A program made the position numbers and the translations under genes. From Batkoa obscura (lineage: Eukaryota): a stretch of DNA of 64,000 nucleotides. The DNA is taken from NCBI GenBank assembly GCA_030770535.1, contig JASVEC010000025.1, positions 186,001-250,000 on the forward strand. The letters are read 5' to 3'. The notes beneath the pieces were generated by a model that saw only the letters and a list, made by a program, of their open reading frames with translations, ran no database searches and was not told where the DNA came from. Numbering within the stretch: position 1 is the first letter of the stretch; each line of letters begins with the position of its first letter. This document shows, piece by piece, positions 40,190-54,432 of the stretch.

Positions 40190-40297
40190 ATATGAGGATA
40201 TCCCTTTTTGTTCAAGAATCTTACCAACAACTTTTCTACTCAAATAGCGCTTATAAAATAGAGAAACTAATGAAACTAAAGAAAAACATTTTCATAT
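40190..40297 (-). mobile_element. MITE family copy (degenerate)
   Basis: ATATGAGGATATCC...CAAATAGCGCTTA...TTCATAT. Confidence 0.65.
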
Positions 40298-41686
40298 GTT
40301 AAATCTAGCGTTTATTATTACTAATATTTCTATAATAGAAATTGGTATGTAAATAAAGAAGGAAATCATAATATTATCATTAAAAGATTTAAATATCAAG
40401 TTACAAATAATATACATAGCTATGAAATTTATTCACTTTATCACCGTTATTGCTACTTATATTGCTACTTGAGGTTATAGCTATCCTTAAAAATGTAAAT
40501 ATGTTACTTATGTAACTAGTACTACTACTGTCTACACTACGACTACTCTTCATTTACTATGCCCTACTTTCCCACATTTTTAACTTATTAATAAAGTACT
40601 AGAACAAAAGCAAAGAAGTCATATCTTAAATTTAAAAACTTTATCTCATTACCTTATTAGTTAGATACTTAATGATAATCAATCAGCTTTATATATGATA
40701 TTGATTATAGATAGGGTTTTCTTTAAAAGTAAATTAGGGAATATTATAAAATATTAAAATATTAAAAAATAATGAAATTTTTAGATCACCAAAAGTAGTA
40801 ACAATAGAATTCAATATTATAATTAAGATAGTGTAAAAGATAGTGTAATTTTAACATATTTTATTTAATAATATTCTTTTTTAAAGTAATTGACCTTTTT
40901 AACTGTTTTTGTTGAAATAATAGTATTAATTTTTATTAAAATAAAGGTAATATTGTTTAAGATAGATGTAACATAGCGATCACTATGTTTCATCCCTTTA
41001 GTTAAGGTATAAATGTATTCTTTGTAATACATGTGAGAGAACAATAGCTTTTCAATATTCCGGGAAAAATAACTTGGAAATATTAGATCAGACTAATTTA
41101 GTTATTTATTATGATTAATATAAAGACAACTATTTTTGTTTGATGACCTGATATGTAATCAATAGAATCTTGTAAGTTTCTAAAATATACAACTAAAATA
41201 GTTATGTATTTTTATTGAATTAAAAAAGATAAAAATTAGGCTGATATTATGAGGTATAAAATTAGCTTTATATTATAAGATCTATATATTTAGTGTAAAA
41301 ACAAAATCACTATCTTTAATTTAAAATTCTTCTTATTCAGTTAATATAAATAATAATAAATAGATTTCAATTTTATATAATTGAATCAACCTTCATCTTA
41401 TTTATATTAGATATTAATAAATAATAAATTATCAAAATGAAAATAAGCCTAATAATATAACAAATTATATATATGGTAGAACGATTTAGCCTAGAACTTG
41501 GTGAAATTTCAATTTATAAATAAACAAAAAAAACATTATTAACCTTTAGTAGCTCAAAAATGGGCATTTTATTCTTATTTATTTATTATTAAAACAAGCA
41601 TCAACTATATTATCAATCACCCTTCTCAATCTATTCTTTAATCCAATTATTAAGTATTAACTAGATTGAGATAGATGATATTATGA

Positions 41687-42592
41687 TTATCTCCTCCTTC
41701 TAAACATTCTTTTAAACAGCTCTTTAAGTTGATTATTAATAATCGAATGTGTAGATATAACTAATAGTGAATTGAACAAAAACCCAAATGCAATAAAGAT
41801 GACGCCAGCAGTACCAAAGATATAATTTAATTTCAGATCTTTTTTTTCATAAAAAAAACAAGCATCAAGTAATATAAAACAAGCCCCTAAAAATACTGAA
41901 ATAGAATAAGAGATTAATATACCATGAATTTTTAATTGAACTAGTTTTTGACTCCAAGGTCGTTGGATTTTATCTTTTGGTAAGCTAAAGTCTGAGTTGT
42001 TTTCCATCTCTATAAATTGAGTCAATTGACTTGTATAAAGGGCTAATTTGATATAACAAGTGGTAATTATAATTAAGCTCACTAATGTTGAGATAATGAA
42101 ATGATAAAAAGTGATTGCAGATAATATCGATTGATTAGGATAAATCATACAAATAACTTTTGCTGGCTGAATGATAAAATGATGTTGATAAGCCAATATT
42201 ATAGTTAAAGTTAAGTGGATTAATATTGATAATATTCCAGCTAGAAAATAATACTTTCGATAATCTAATTTACACACTTTAGCTAATCTTTCTAAAGCTA
42301 AAAAGGTGGATACAATTAGTTGAGATAAAGCTAATAACATAGTAAAAAACCCTAAATATTGGCAGATTGCTGGGTCATTGAAAGCATCATCATCTTTTAT
42401 TATGCTTAAAATAGGATCAGAGATAGCCACCAAAGGTAACATCAATTCTATACTTGCTATCGATAATATCAATTTTATATCGGTTGAGTAATTCTTGACT
42501 TTCACAGATAAGTAAATAAGTAATATGTTAACAATAGCTGAGATTAATCCAATAATATTGGCCACATAGCCAAATGGGTTTTCGTTGATCAT
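41687..42592 (-). CDS. 7TM rhodopsin-like GPCR paralogue B
   Basis: Aligns with paralogue A (NP.G.VA, SVKV, CQYLGFF, LALER, NSLLV..H..IN). Confidence 0.75.
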   Translation of the reverse strand: MINENPFGYVANIIGLISAIVNILLIYLSVKVKNYSTDIKLILSIASIELMLPLVAISDPILSIIKDDDAFNDPAICQYLGFFTMLLALSQLIVSTFLALERLAKVCKLDYRKYYFLAGILSILIHLTLTIILAYQHHFIIQPAKVICMIYPNQSILSAITFYHFIISTLVSLIIITTCYIKLALYTSQLTQFIEMENNSDFSLPKDKIQRPWSQKLVQLKIHGILISYSISVFLGACFILLDACFFYEKKDLKLNYIFGTAGVIFIAFGFLFNSLLVISTHSIINNQLKELFKRMFRRRR

Positions 42593-43067
42593 TAAGTAAT
42601 TAGATTAAAAATGAAAATGTAAGTTGTAAGAAATAAAAAATAAAAAATAAAAAATAAAATAGTTTACTTTATGTTATTAGTAGTAACATTTACTAAATAG
42701 TTCTTTAATTGAAATTCAATTAAATCTTTTCCATATTTAGTAAATACATTTTGATTTTATTTCTTGATTTTAGAAGTTTATTTGTTAGTTTACAATTTAA
42801 GTTTTGCATTTTTTTTGAAATTGTTTTACTAATTCAAGTGTTATTAAATATTAAATAATTAAATATTAAATAATTAAATCAACTAATTTATTAGTTGATT
42901 AATTAGAAATTAATTTTTTCTAAAAGTAGCATTTCCATTTCTAATTTGCCAATTTGAAAATTAATATTCATTTAATAAAATATCAATCATTAAACAAGTT
43001 GATAGAAAATTCCATTAAAAAAAATTAATTACAACTTAACATTAATAGTATTATAGTATTTTACTCT

Positions 43068-46000
43068 CTAAATTATAAAAAAATTAGTCAAATTGAGTGT
43101 TGCTTTACACCACAAAATAACTCTTAATTTCACAAACTCTCTAATTTCTACCCCATCTTCACCTTCCTTCTTTTTTAATTTCCTCATACTTTTAACTGCT
43201 TTCATCAATGTATCATCATTATAAATCAACTCTTTATTACCATTCATTTCATGTTTAAAAATAATTTTGTATTCTAAACCCAATTTAGGTATACTAATAT
43301 TATAATCTAAATGATCTATTAATTGTTGAATTGTAGCTGGATATCGAAATAAAATTAAAAACTACAATTTTGAATTTCAATTCGGAGATAAAACTTCTCA
43401 TTTTTATCAAGTGATGGCATTATTATATATTGTTCAAGTTCATACTTTTGAGGATTGGTAGGAGGGATAGATGTGATTTGATTAATATTAGGTTGTTCTT
43501 CTAAACCTAAGGATAATGTATATCCAACTGGACTTAGTACTGCATTTCCTATAAAAATTAAAATTTAATTTAATTTAATTTATAATTACCTATCGATTTA
43601 TATTCATCGAGTAAATTACCATAAAATTGATCTGAATCTAAAAATCCTATATAAAATGTTATTAATATCACAGTTATTAATCATATATCAAGAATTCTAT
43701 TAATTACCTTGCATACGTCCACATTCTCTAACAGTTAATAATCGAGGTTCTGCATAATGAACAGATGCAAACTATAAAAATATTCGTAAATTTAAATTTT
43801 AAAAAATAGGTATTAAAATCACCGTATTTGTAATTGTCATTACTGTATTAATTCTACTTACTTGACCATCAGGATCAATTCTTTAATATGTTTTTGGTAT
43901 ATCTTTCATTAAATGACCATTATCAAATCATGAGGGTGTGGTTTCCTAATTAAATAAAAACGATATTATTTTTATTCTTATAACTCTTACTTTTATAATA
44001 AACTTACACAATTTTTAGTAATATTAGCTTTTGAAAATATAAATCCTAAATAAGCTAATTCTGGATCTAATGGTAAAAAATCCACATGGTTTTTATGTAT
44101 GGAATCAATTGATATACAATGATGGACAGTTATTACACTTGGCTAAAATAAAAATAAAATATAAATTTTCAATTTGTTATTTTCTATCATTCAAATAATT
44201 TCTTACTTTAACTCGATCATTTAAAATAGGTGGTAAATCACCAATCATTTGTCTTACTGTAAGGGGTAGTAATTGTGCTTTTTGTGGATCTTGATGAATT
44301 TCATTTCTAATTAATAATAACAATACTATTAATTAATATTTTTGATAAAATAGTTTAACTCAATTTACCTTTCATTTCCTGGTGCTGGTATAGTAAATGA
44401 ATTTTGTTTTAATCCTAAATGCGAAGCAGGTGGCAGAGATGGTAATGTTTGATCATAAGCTAATAAAACTAAGTATTAAAAAGTAAATGAATTAATTTTT
44501 AAACTAAAAATTTTAACTTACCAGCACACCAAATAAACACCTTATTCCTATTTTGACAAGGAGTACCAGCAACAATAAAATCTACATCTTCGTTCTAAAA
44601 AAAAGAAAATTAAAAATCAAAAAAGTCGATTTTAATAAATAATAAACAAAAGGACTTACTTTTTTTGGATAAAAATTGTTTTCACGAATTATGTTTTTAA
44701 AGAAGATACTAATAGATTCAGTAAAAAAGGTCACTTTTTTATCTTTACAATTTGATTTATAAGCTTCCGTGGGATTCTTTTCAAAATCAACTACCCTAAA
44801 TAAATATAAACATATAAATATAAATATTAATTATTTTTACTCTTAAATTTATCATTTAGTTTCTGCTAAACCAGAATCTGAGATCCCCAAGAAGCCAGAA
44901 CCAGAAAATAAATCAAAAGCCTTTAATTTTTGATAATTTGTTTTATTTTTTATCACTTGTTTTTTACATAGAAATAAGATTCAATAAAATTTAAAATTAT
45001 TTGGACATTGTAATTCAGAATTTTCAGAATCCATTATAAATCTAAAAAAGAACTAATAAAATATTAATTATATAAATTAAATTAGTATTAAATTAATATT
45101 GTTTTTATAAATTATTTCAAACTCACTTGATTCCCTGCTCCTCTATATTGTAAATGATTAGGTAATTCCTCTCATTTTCTTTTTACTGGTATAAATTGAA
45201 CACGACAAATACCCACAATCTGTTCAATAGTAACTTCGATTTCCTTATTAGTTAATATTGATTCATTAACTTGAAATTCAAAGGTATCTAATTCAGTTTC
45301 ATCTTCTGATTCAAATACATCACTCACTTCTTTAGCTCTTAAAAATATTCGAAATTTCCATAGTTGTTGATTTGTATTAATATTAATTAGTTGTCCTATC
45401 TTTAATATGCTTTCATTATCTTTTGTATTAATTTCTTGATTTTTATTGTTATAATCTAATAGAAAAGTATGTCCTAATTGATTGGAATCATTTAGTATCG
45501 TTCTTTTTATATTTTTTGTTATTTCATTATTGCATTCACAAATAGATTTATTTTTTTCATTCATTAGTTTATAATCTGATAACTTAATAAAGGACAAATC
45601 TATTTGATCATAAAAATAACGACAAAAATAATTGCCTTTAATCTCTAATTTTATATAAAAGATATTATTATTATTACCATTAATTATTAATTACTAATTA
45701 CTTATTATTAATATATTAATATATATATATATTTACCTTTACAATGATTTTTTTCTAAATTAATATTTACTTTATATTTAATAACATCAATAGGATAATC
45801 AATATTATTACGTTCACAATGAAAAGTATAAAATAACTAAAATAAAAATTAATTAATATTATTCTATTAAAATAGTTTATATAAAAATTTACTTCAAAAG
45901 GTGAATATTCTGACAAATCTTTAATAACCGTTTGATGAATTTTGTACATCGAAATTGATTGAAATTGAATATTTCCATTTTTATCTTCATTAAATCTAGT

Positions 46001-49000
46001 AATTCTTGCAATCCATTCAGGATTTTTATCATTCCAACTAGTATTACTATCTTGTTCAATTTCAACAAAGTCGCCTATTTTTATTATTTCATTTTGACTT
46101 GATATTTTTATAATTTTATTATCAATTCTTTCAATGACTTGAGCATTTTCATAATCAAATTCTATCAATAATAGATTCTCTTCAATTTTAATTTCTGATT
46201 TAATAGAATCTAATTAAATAATGTAGATATTAAGTTATTATTATATCATTCTATTATAATAAGATTAATATTAATATTATTAAAATTTACCTTTAATAAA
46301 ATTAGGATCATCAACAGTCATTTGATCTTGAAATAAAGTTTTAAACCAATTATAAACTTTAGGAGTAACAATTGTTAATTCCCCATCATATCTTAAAGCA
46401 GTTGTTTATAAATGTTGACTAGTAAAAAATGGAATATTAATTAATTTAGGATCAATAAATTTAATTTGAGAATATAATAAATGTTGTGTATTTGGTAAAT
46501 AATATTGATAATCTCCTATTTAATATTTTAATATTTATTATTTAATTACCATCTGTACTAACTTCTTTTTTGCATTTTAAATAAATTTCTAATTAATATA
46601 ACTAATGTCTTTATTTAAATAATCTTTCTTACCATGTTTTTGATATCTTTTATTCAACTATCTTTGAAACTTTCCTTTGACAATACAATACAATTCAGTT
46701 ATATAAAAATAAATAATTGAATTTCTTACTTCTTGAATCATCATAAATAGCTATAGAATTTTCAATTAACCAGTAACTTTTAAATAGATTTAAAAAAGTT
46801 TATCAATAAAAATATAATAAATAATAATAGTGATGGAAATAACTTACATAATACTATTAACTAATTTAGCATACTAATAAAATGATTTTAAAAACTTCCA
46901 TTAATTTATAATATATATTTTTAAAACTTTATGGTTAAATATAAATTTCAATTTCCATTGAATTGGGTTCGGGTGAATGAATAATTGCAATTTCTGCTTT
47001 TATCTAAATTAACAAATGAGTTTATTAAAAAAATACTATAATTTATAACCTACATCATTAACAAAACAACTACTATATTAACTATAAAGTTTCCCTTTAA
47101 ACATCATATTTTTACCTCCTGTTTTTAATAAATTAGTTACTTCTTTTTCTTCATCAAAAAAATGAAAATTTAGTTAAATTGAATCCCATCCATTTTCGAT
47201 CTTTAAAAATAGCATTCTAGAATTATATTAAATATTAAAATAATCATTTATTATTACTCTTACTTTCATTTTCATAATAGCTTGATCTTCCATTAATTTT
47301 AACATAATACCTTCTTCAATTTCATATGTTTCTTCTTTGGTATCCTAATCAACAATATTAAGCTATTAAACTTAGAATTTTAATTAAAAAATTTACTATT
47401 TCTGCTTTGAAACTTTCAATTGAACTATCCACTTCATGTTCATTATAAAATGTATATTCATCTTCATCTTGAACTTTAGGTACAATAACATGAAACTAAA
47501 TAATTTTTAATTTTATTGTTTTCATAATTACGTATTCTACTACTTTATTATTATTATTATTATCTTCTATAAAAATTAAATTAAATTGAATTAAACTAAT
47601 TATAATTCATAACATAATAAATAACTAAATAGTTACCAATCTTAATATCTTAATATCTTCTTCGATTTTTGCATCTCTTATTATTTCACTTTTATGCTAA
47701 ATCATTTAATTGATTTTATTAACATAATACCTTACTAACATAACATTGTAGTTAAAGAAGAGAGTGAACCCAGCTCAATTCTTTTATTTATAGAAAGTTG
47801 AGAACCTTCAGAATCCAAAATCTCTCTCATACTTTCTTTATAATCCATCTTTTTAACTTCAACTTCTTTTTTATTAATAGTTTTATCACATGCTAATTTA
47901 AATAAGTCCCTATTTAATGTTCTACTTTTTGTTTAAATTACATTAATAAATCTTGCTTTCATCTCACTTAGAGTGGGAACTGATACTGGTATTATTATTA
48001 TTAGTTATAACATCTATACCATTTGTAGTAACTGAGTTTATAACTCCATTTGATTGAATTTGTTCTGAACTTAGTTCAACTTCAGTTATCGAATTTTTAT
48101 TTTCTACACCTTCAGTAATACTATTTATTAGTGAATTTAATTCCTTGTTCTCAATTGATTGAATAATTTCAGAATTTGGCTTGACATTTAACAACCCAAT
48201 CTTTATTATTTTTATTTTTCATAATACTTTTCATAAAAGCTTTAATAATTTTAGGTTTATTTTCTTGACTTTCTTCAGTATTAAGATCCATTTCAATCAA
48301 TAATTTTCTATCAATCGTATTATTCATAACATTATTTGAAACAGAATAGTTGACTCCATTGGATAAAGTTTCTTTTGAACTCGAATTCATTTCCAATAAT
48401 AAACTTTTATTAGCTACACTATTTGTTCCATTACTATTAAAACAAGTAAACATTTCATTTCCAGTTGATTAAACCTCTTTATTTAGAAATGGAGTTTCCA
48501 TTATATTATTATTAATTTGAATCGGACCTAAATTTCGATCCATTTGACTATTCCAATCCAATTTTACTTGAATGTTCATTACACTTTTACTCACCGAATG
48601 AAATTCGACTTCATTTCTATCGTATTTTAATCCATATCATTTAATAGATTTCAATTATCTAGCCCATTCATACTGTTAATTTAATTTGAACTCTTTGTTC
48701 CAGTAAACTGTTTCCTTTCTAAATTGAATGCCATCCTTCCATTAAATTTTGATGATTTAAACCATAGATAACATTATCGGTTATCTGATTCAAATTACTA
48801 GTTTTATGAGATGGGGTTCCATATGACCTGGTATCTACGCCATATTGTAAACTTGTATTGAATATCCCATTGCCACCATTATTTGTGATCTCATTTGAAC
48901 TTCCATTATCGTTACTATTAATTTCCTCTGAGCTTGAATCTAGCTCCTTTATTGAGGATCTTGAAAATTTTGGAATTGAATTCTCTTCTCCTAAGGATCT

Positions 49001-49166
49001 CAATAAATTAATTAATTTTTCATTCTCCTCTTCTGAATCTATATGGGGGTGTTTTTTTTGGTTTCATCACTTTTTCCATTTTTTAAGCGCTATTTGAGTG
49101 GAAAGACTATTAATAAAATTCTTAAACATAAAAATACATCCCCATATTGGATAAGTTATCACTCAT
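43068..49166 (-). pseudogene. DNMT1/DIM-2-like C5-cytosine DNA methyltransferase pseudogene (BAH domains plus catalytic domain); boundaries approximate
   Basis: Exon fragments: BAH-like (45172-46168), motif I AFDLFSGSG (~44895-44925), motif IV VDFIVAGTPCQ (~44553-44585), TVRQMIGDLP, motif IX RLLTVRECGRMQGF, motif X GNAV. In-frame stops, a mutated splice donor, an internal deletion and a MITE insertion. Confidence 0.82.
49041..49147 (+). mobile_element. MITE family copy inserted in the likely first exon of the DNMT pseudogene
   Basis: Full TIRs. Removing 103 bp restores the reading frame MSDNLSNIDSEEENEKLINLLRSLG. Confidence 0.85.
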
Positions 49167-49928
49167 TATTAAAGATCAAAAAAAGAGTTCAAAAATTGGA
49201 TTAAGCTTTTTGTATATTCCTTAAACTTTTTTTGCAGTTTTTGAGGAAAAATAAGAAAATCTCTACAAAGTTTTAGACAATCAAATAGCAGATGATAATA
49301 ATGGCTTAATTTTAAGATAATAAGAGTTAATTGTTATAATGTTGGATTTAATTAATAAGTTGGAAGGATAATGCATCATTGATTTGATTTGAAGTTCCTT
49401 TCAAAAAGTTTATTTTGCATTTTTCAAATTCTGTTTAGTCACAGCTAAACTTCAATTGATTCAACTTTTATTAGATTTTGTAATAATGAATGAAAATTTA
49501 ATCCCTGAAATTTTTAATAAGAAAATAGTACTAAATTACAAGACTAATAAAATTTAATAGATAATTAAAATTAATGTCTATTTTTATTATCAAACTAAAA
49601 AAAATGGACATTTATTTTACAGTCCTTACTATAATTCTTACTCTCCCACCAGATCTGCATTAATAGCTTAGCTAATGTTCACTTCAAGATTCAGAAAAAA
49701 AATAGTGTTTTTTAAAAACTCTATTAGCTTTGATTTCATCCTTCTTTTTTTGGGTAATATTTCCTTCACTTTCATCCAAAGTAGAACTTTTTGCAATCTC
49801 TTATTCGTTTATAGTAAATTACATCAATTTGGTTATGCAATAATGAGTAAAAAAATTGAAGCATTGATTTATTTAAAAAGTTACTTTTTAAGAGATTAAG
49901 TGAATAAAAGAGTTATATAATTTTTATA

Positions 49929-52158
49929 ATGGATGATTTTAACTGGGAAGTTAGTGATGATGAATGGGAAGAGATGGGTAAGTAAATTGATTTTATAAAA
50001 TAAAAGATGAGGGTATTAATATTAGTTATAGTGGAGTCTCAAGTAATGAAAAAAATAAAAGTAGATAACTTAGAAGTGGTAAGGTTTTTATGTTAAATGT
50101 AAACAAATGTTATATTTAATTATAAAAGACAGGAGAGAGTGTAAAAAAAGAAGAATTGATAGTTCAAAGTAAGATTCAAATTAAATTTATTGAAAAGGTT
50201 TTGAGTTATTTTTATAATTAGATAATGAAATTTTAAAGGAAGAAGAAGAAGAAGAAGAAGTTTGGGAAGAGATCGAAGATTTACCAAATCCAAACAAAAT
50301 AGTAGATAATAGTGAAGTTACAAATAAGTTAGAAAATAAAATTGAACAAGGTAATTTAAAATTATTTAATTTTAATTTTAATTTTAATTTTAATTAAGTA
50401 GAATCTAATCAACCATTAACAATAACGATAAACCTACCACAAATAAATATCAACAATATAAAAAAAAGAGCAAATTATCAACTTAATAAACAACAAAAAG
50501 AGAAATTGATATTAATTCATCGAACTTATTTAACTACATATATTAATTTTGGATTATATTTAAATTCGTTTCATTATAATAGTTATTTAAAAGCAATTCT
50601 TTTGTCTCATTTGGATCCTAATTTATTAATTAAATTTCCTATCACGAATAAAGATACATTGGAATATACATTGAGTTGTATTAAATTAATTGGTAGTTGG
50701 TGGGATTATAAATTTAAAATTATTAACGGATGTAGTTTATGTGATGAGAAAGAGGTAAATTTAAATAATAATTAAAATTAATAATATAATATATATATTA
50801 ATATATATTAATATAGAAAAGTAATATCAAATCAGATTTATATCAAAGTTCAATGACATTAAAAGGGTGTGAATGTAATAAAAATATACTATTAATAATA
50901 ATATTTAAATTGATTGGGTTTCAAACAAGAATTATAATGGAAATGATGATACCGATAATTTATTTTCCATTTGCAATAGAAGGTGAAAATACAATTAATA
51001 AACAAATTGAATTAATAAAATTTAATAAATATCAACTTTGGGGAGAATTATTATTACCTTTTAATCAAAGTTGGATTCCATTTAAAGATTTTCAATATTT
51101 TAATATTAAAGGGGAAAATAAGAATTATACAAATTATAATAAATTGAAAAATGATAAAAAATATTATTTAAATTATATAGTTGGATTTTCAGGTAAGTAA
51201 TAATATAATAATATAATAATGTAGTTTATATATATTAATTTTTAATTAGATACTACAATTGATTTGACTAATAAATATGTGAATGATTTTTTATCGAAAC
51301 ATATTAAATTAAGACAACGCTTTTTATCTACTGATAATCATCGTAATTGGTTAAAAGATTATTTAAATACTTTAATTAGTAGTGGGTTTGAAGAAGTAAT
51401 TTTATTATTAATTAATTAATATTAAAATAAAATATTAATACTAATAATATTATAAATAGGAATGGGAAACATTGAATAAAAAACAAGAAGTTAAAAAATT
51501 AATTAATGAAAAAATGCCTACAAATTTAAAAGGGTTTAAAAATCATCCATTAGTTGTATTACAACGATATATACCTAAGAATCAAATTATTAAACCTAAT
51601 AGTAAACATATAGGCTTGTTTAAAGGAGAAAAAATTTATAATAAAAAAGATTTAAGTTTAATTAAAAATCAAATGGGATGGAAATTATTAGGTAAAGAGA
51701 TTATAGAAAAATATAAAAAAGAAAATGATCATGGGAATATATTATATCCAGAATATCAAACGAAATTGATTCAATTAAAAGATATAAAAGATCAAGATAT
51801 TTGTATTTTAAAAAATTCATTTGGTAATTTTGAATTATTTCAACCTAATATGTTACCTAAAGATATGAGCTATTTAAATCAAAAATATATTGATAAAGTA
51901 GCACAACAAAATAACATTCAATATTTAAAAGCAGTAACTGAATTTAAATTTACAAATAATAAAATGAATCCAGTAATTAATGGTATTATTATAAAAAATA
52001 AAGATTTAGAAGAATTATTATTAAAATATCAATTATATATGAATAAAGTAAAACAAATGGAATTTAACTTAAGGTTTAAGAAAGGAGTTAATAACTGGAA
52101 GAAGATATTTAAGTTTTTAAATTTGAAATATAGGTTATTAAATGAATATACGAAATAA
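49929..52158 (+). CDS. RAD4: Rad4/XPC-family DNA damage recognition protein (multi-exon, divergent)
   Basis: Last exon has MPTNLKGFKNHPLVVLQR, FKGEKIY, LYPEYQT, KNSFGNFELF..MLP, AVTEF...PVINGI (BHD1-3). Start and internal exons are approximate. Confidence 0.8.
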
Positions 52159-52213
52159 ATTATTATTATTATTATATGTTATCTTCCTTTTTACTTTTAC
52201 TTTTTCATTTTAT

Positions 52214-54050
52214 TTAAAGTTTAGTTATAGTAGGAGAAGATAAAGGTTCATAAACGTTATTAGACCAATAGGAAAGAGTGGAATTGGTATGATTTGTAAT
52301 TGAATTAGAAATCAAATGATTTTTAGTAATATCTTTTAAAGTAGGAGTACCCATTAATCTCATAGTCATTTCTAATTCTTCTCTTAAAATATCGATTGCT
52401 TTTTCAATACCTTCTTGGCCATAAGTAGACATAGCATATAAAAATGGTCGACCAATACCTACTGCAGTGGCGCCTAAATTGAATGAATTAGTTGAACTCG
52501 TTAAATTATTTTGAATTTCAATCTTGTTATTAATATCTTACCTAATGCTAAGGCTTTAAAAATATCGGAACCGCGACGAATACCCCCATCAATATAAACT
52601 TCCATTCTTTTTTGAGTTGGATTTTGTTGATAATATTGATCCAACATCTCCATTACCTCTGGTAAAATTTCAATGCCTGATCGTGCCGTATCAATTTGTC
52701 TACCTCCATGATTTGAAAGTACAATACCTTGGACACCATATTGAGCTGCTAACACTGCATCTTCGCCTGCCTGAATACCTTTCAATACAATTGACATATT
52801 GGTCACCTTTTTAAACCATTTCAAATCCTCCCAACATAAAGAAGGATCAATAAAAGAAGAAATAGCTCGTGCCGCACCTTGATTTCGATTTTGTTTTTCT
52901 TTTTCATGTTGATAAGCATTTTGAATAGCACTTTGTTGTTCAAATTTCATTCTCATATCTTTTTCTCTTTTACCTAATTGAGGCGCATCTACCGTAATAA
53001 ATAAACCTTTACATCCTGCAGCTTCAGCGTTTTTTATTACTCTTTCTGTGATACTACGTTGACTATTGACATATAATTGTAAAAATTGAACTTGTTCTTT
53101 TTGTTTAGCTGTTACTATATCATCCAATGAACAAGAAGAAAGAGTAGGTATCATTTGAATAATACCCTTTGAATAAGCTGCTTTGGTAAGATTGACTTCC
53201 CCTTTAGGATGACCCAATTTACCAAGCGCAGTAGCTGTAATATAAATAGGTAATTGACTTGGATTACTTAATATTTTTGTATTAGTAGTCACTTTTTTAA
53301 CATTAATCATCACTCTCGGTTTCAAATAAATACGTTGGAAAGCAGTGATGTTTTCTCGTAAAGTGAGTTCGTCATCCGCTCCACTAGAATAGTATGCCCA
53401 TGCTTCTCGTTTCATTAAATGTTTAGCAACTACTTCGAAATCATAAAGGTTCAGCATCGTACTAATGTTAGGTCGTTTTTTAACAACAACAGTATCATAG
53501 TGATGGGGTTCTTCATGTTTGTCACTGGGTTGAGTGGTCGAAGTGATATTCGAACCATAAATACCTATACATTGGTTGATATTAATATGGAATAATAAAA
53601 TATAAAATTCACTAGAATTTTTAACTTACCCATTTCTACTTCAGGTGGTAATAATCTTTGAATAATATCTATTAAATAGTATTAATATCAATTACTCATT
53701 TCTTTTATTTGTTTTTAAAAAAAATAAATCGATTGAAATAAAAATAATTACCTTTTGGGTGTATTGGATCAAAAGCTTTAGTGGCATCTTTACCAGCATA
53801 TTTTAAAATTATATTCTTTCCACCTGGATGTTCATCAAGGAATTGAGTCAAGTCATAGACTTTATCATAGATTATACACCAGCAATCAGTGGTATTGTTG
53901 TGTTTGGAGCTAAGTGAATTAGTTATTTGATTTGATTTGATTTGATTTGATTTAATTTGATTTGATTTAATGAAGATAATGTTGAATTTTTTTTAGTAAG
54001 GGAATGAGGATTACTTACATTTCCTCTAAAGATAATTGCTTTAAGGTCAT
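52214..54050 (-). CDS. CYB2: Flavocytochrome b2 / L-lactate dehydrogenase (cytochrome b5 plus FMN domain)
   Basis: HPGG heme motif, YYSSGADDE, TVDAPQLG, SNHGGRQ, DGGIRRGSD. Three introns at 53576-54018 and one at ~52475-52541. Confidence 0.92.
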
Positions 54051-54432
54051 AATAGTTAAATGATCCTTAAACTTTATAACAAAATATGAAAAAGTAAAAA
54101 ATATTTCAATTTTTTTAAAAGTGTCTTTATTTATTTATCATGATGTAACAGATGACTTAGATTGATAATCAATTTAAGCCATTGATAAAAAAACTCATCA
54201 AAAATAAAATCAACTATTCTTGAACGTATTTATCTATCTTTTAACTTTTACTTTAATTTAAAATAATTTGTTTATAGTAAATTTACTGTAGGATAAGCTT
54301 GAATAACAATTACGTTATAAGGGTTATTCATTAAAATAAAAAATAAAACGATTTAAATAGAAAAATAAAGAATCAAATATTAAATAATACATTGTAAGTA
54401 TTGAGTAGTCAAGTAATAAAAATTTTTATTGA

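Noticed and set aside
48858..49097. 79-aa + strand ORF
   Set aside because: Antisense to the pseudogene exon and extends into the MITE.
53925..53970. (ATTTG)n microsatellite
   Set aside because: Ordinary simple repeat inside a CYB2 intron.
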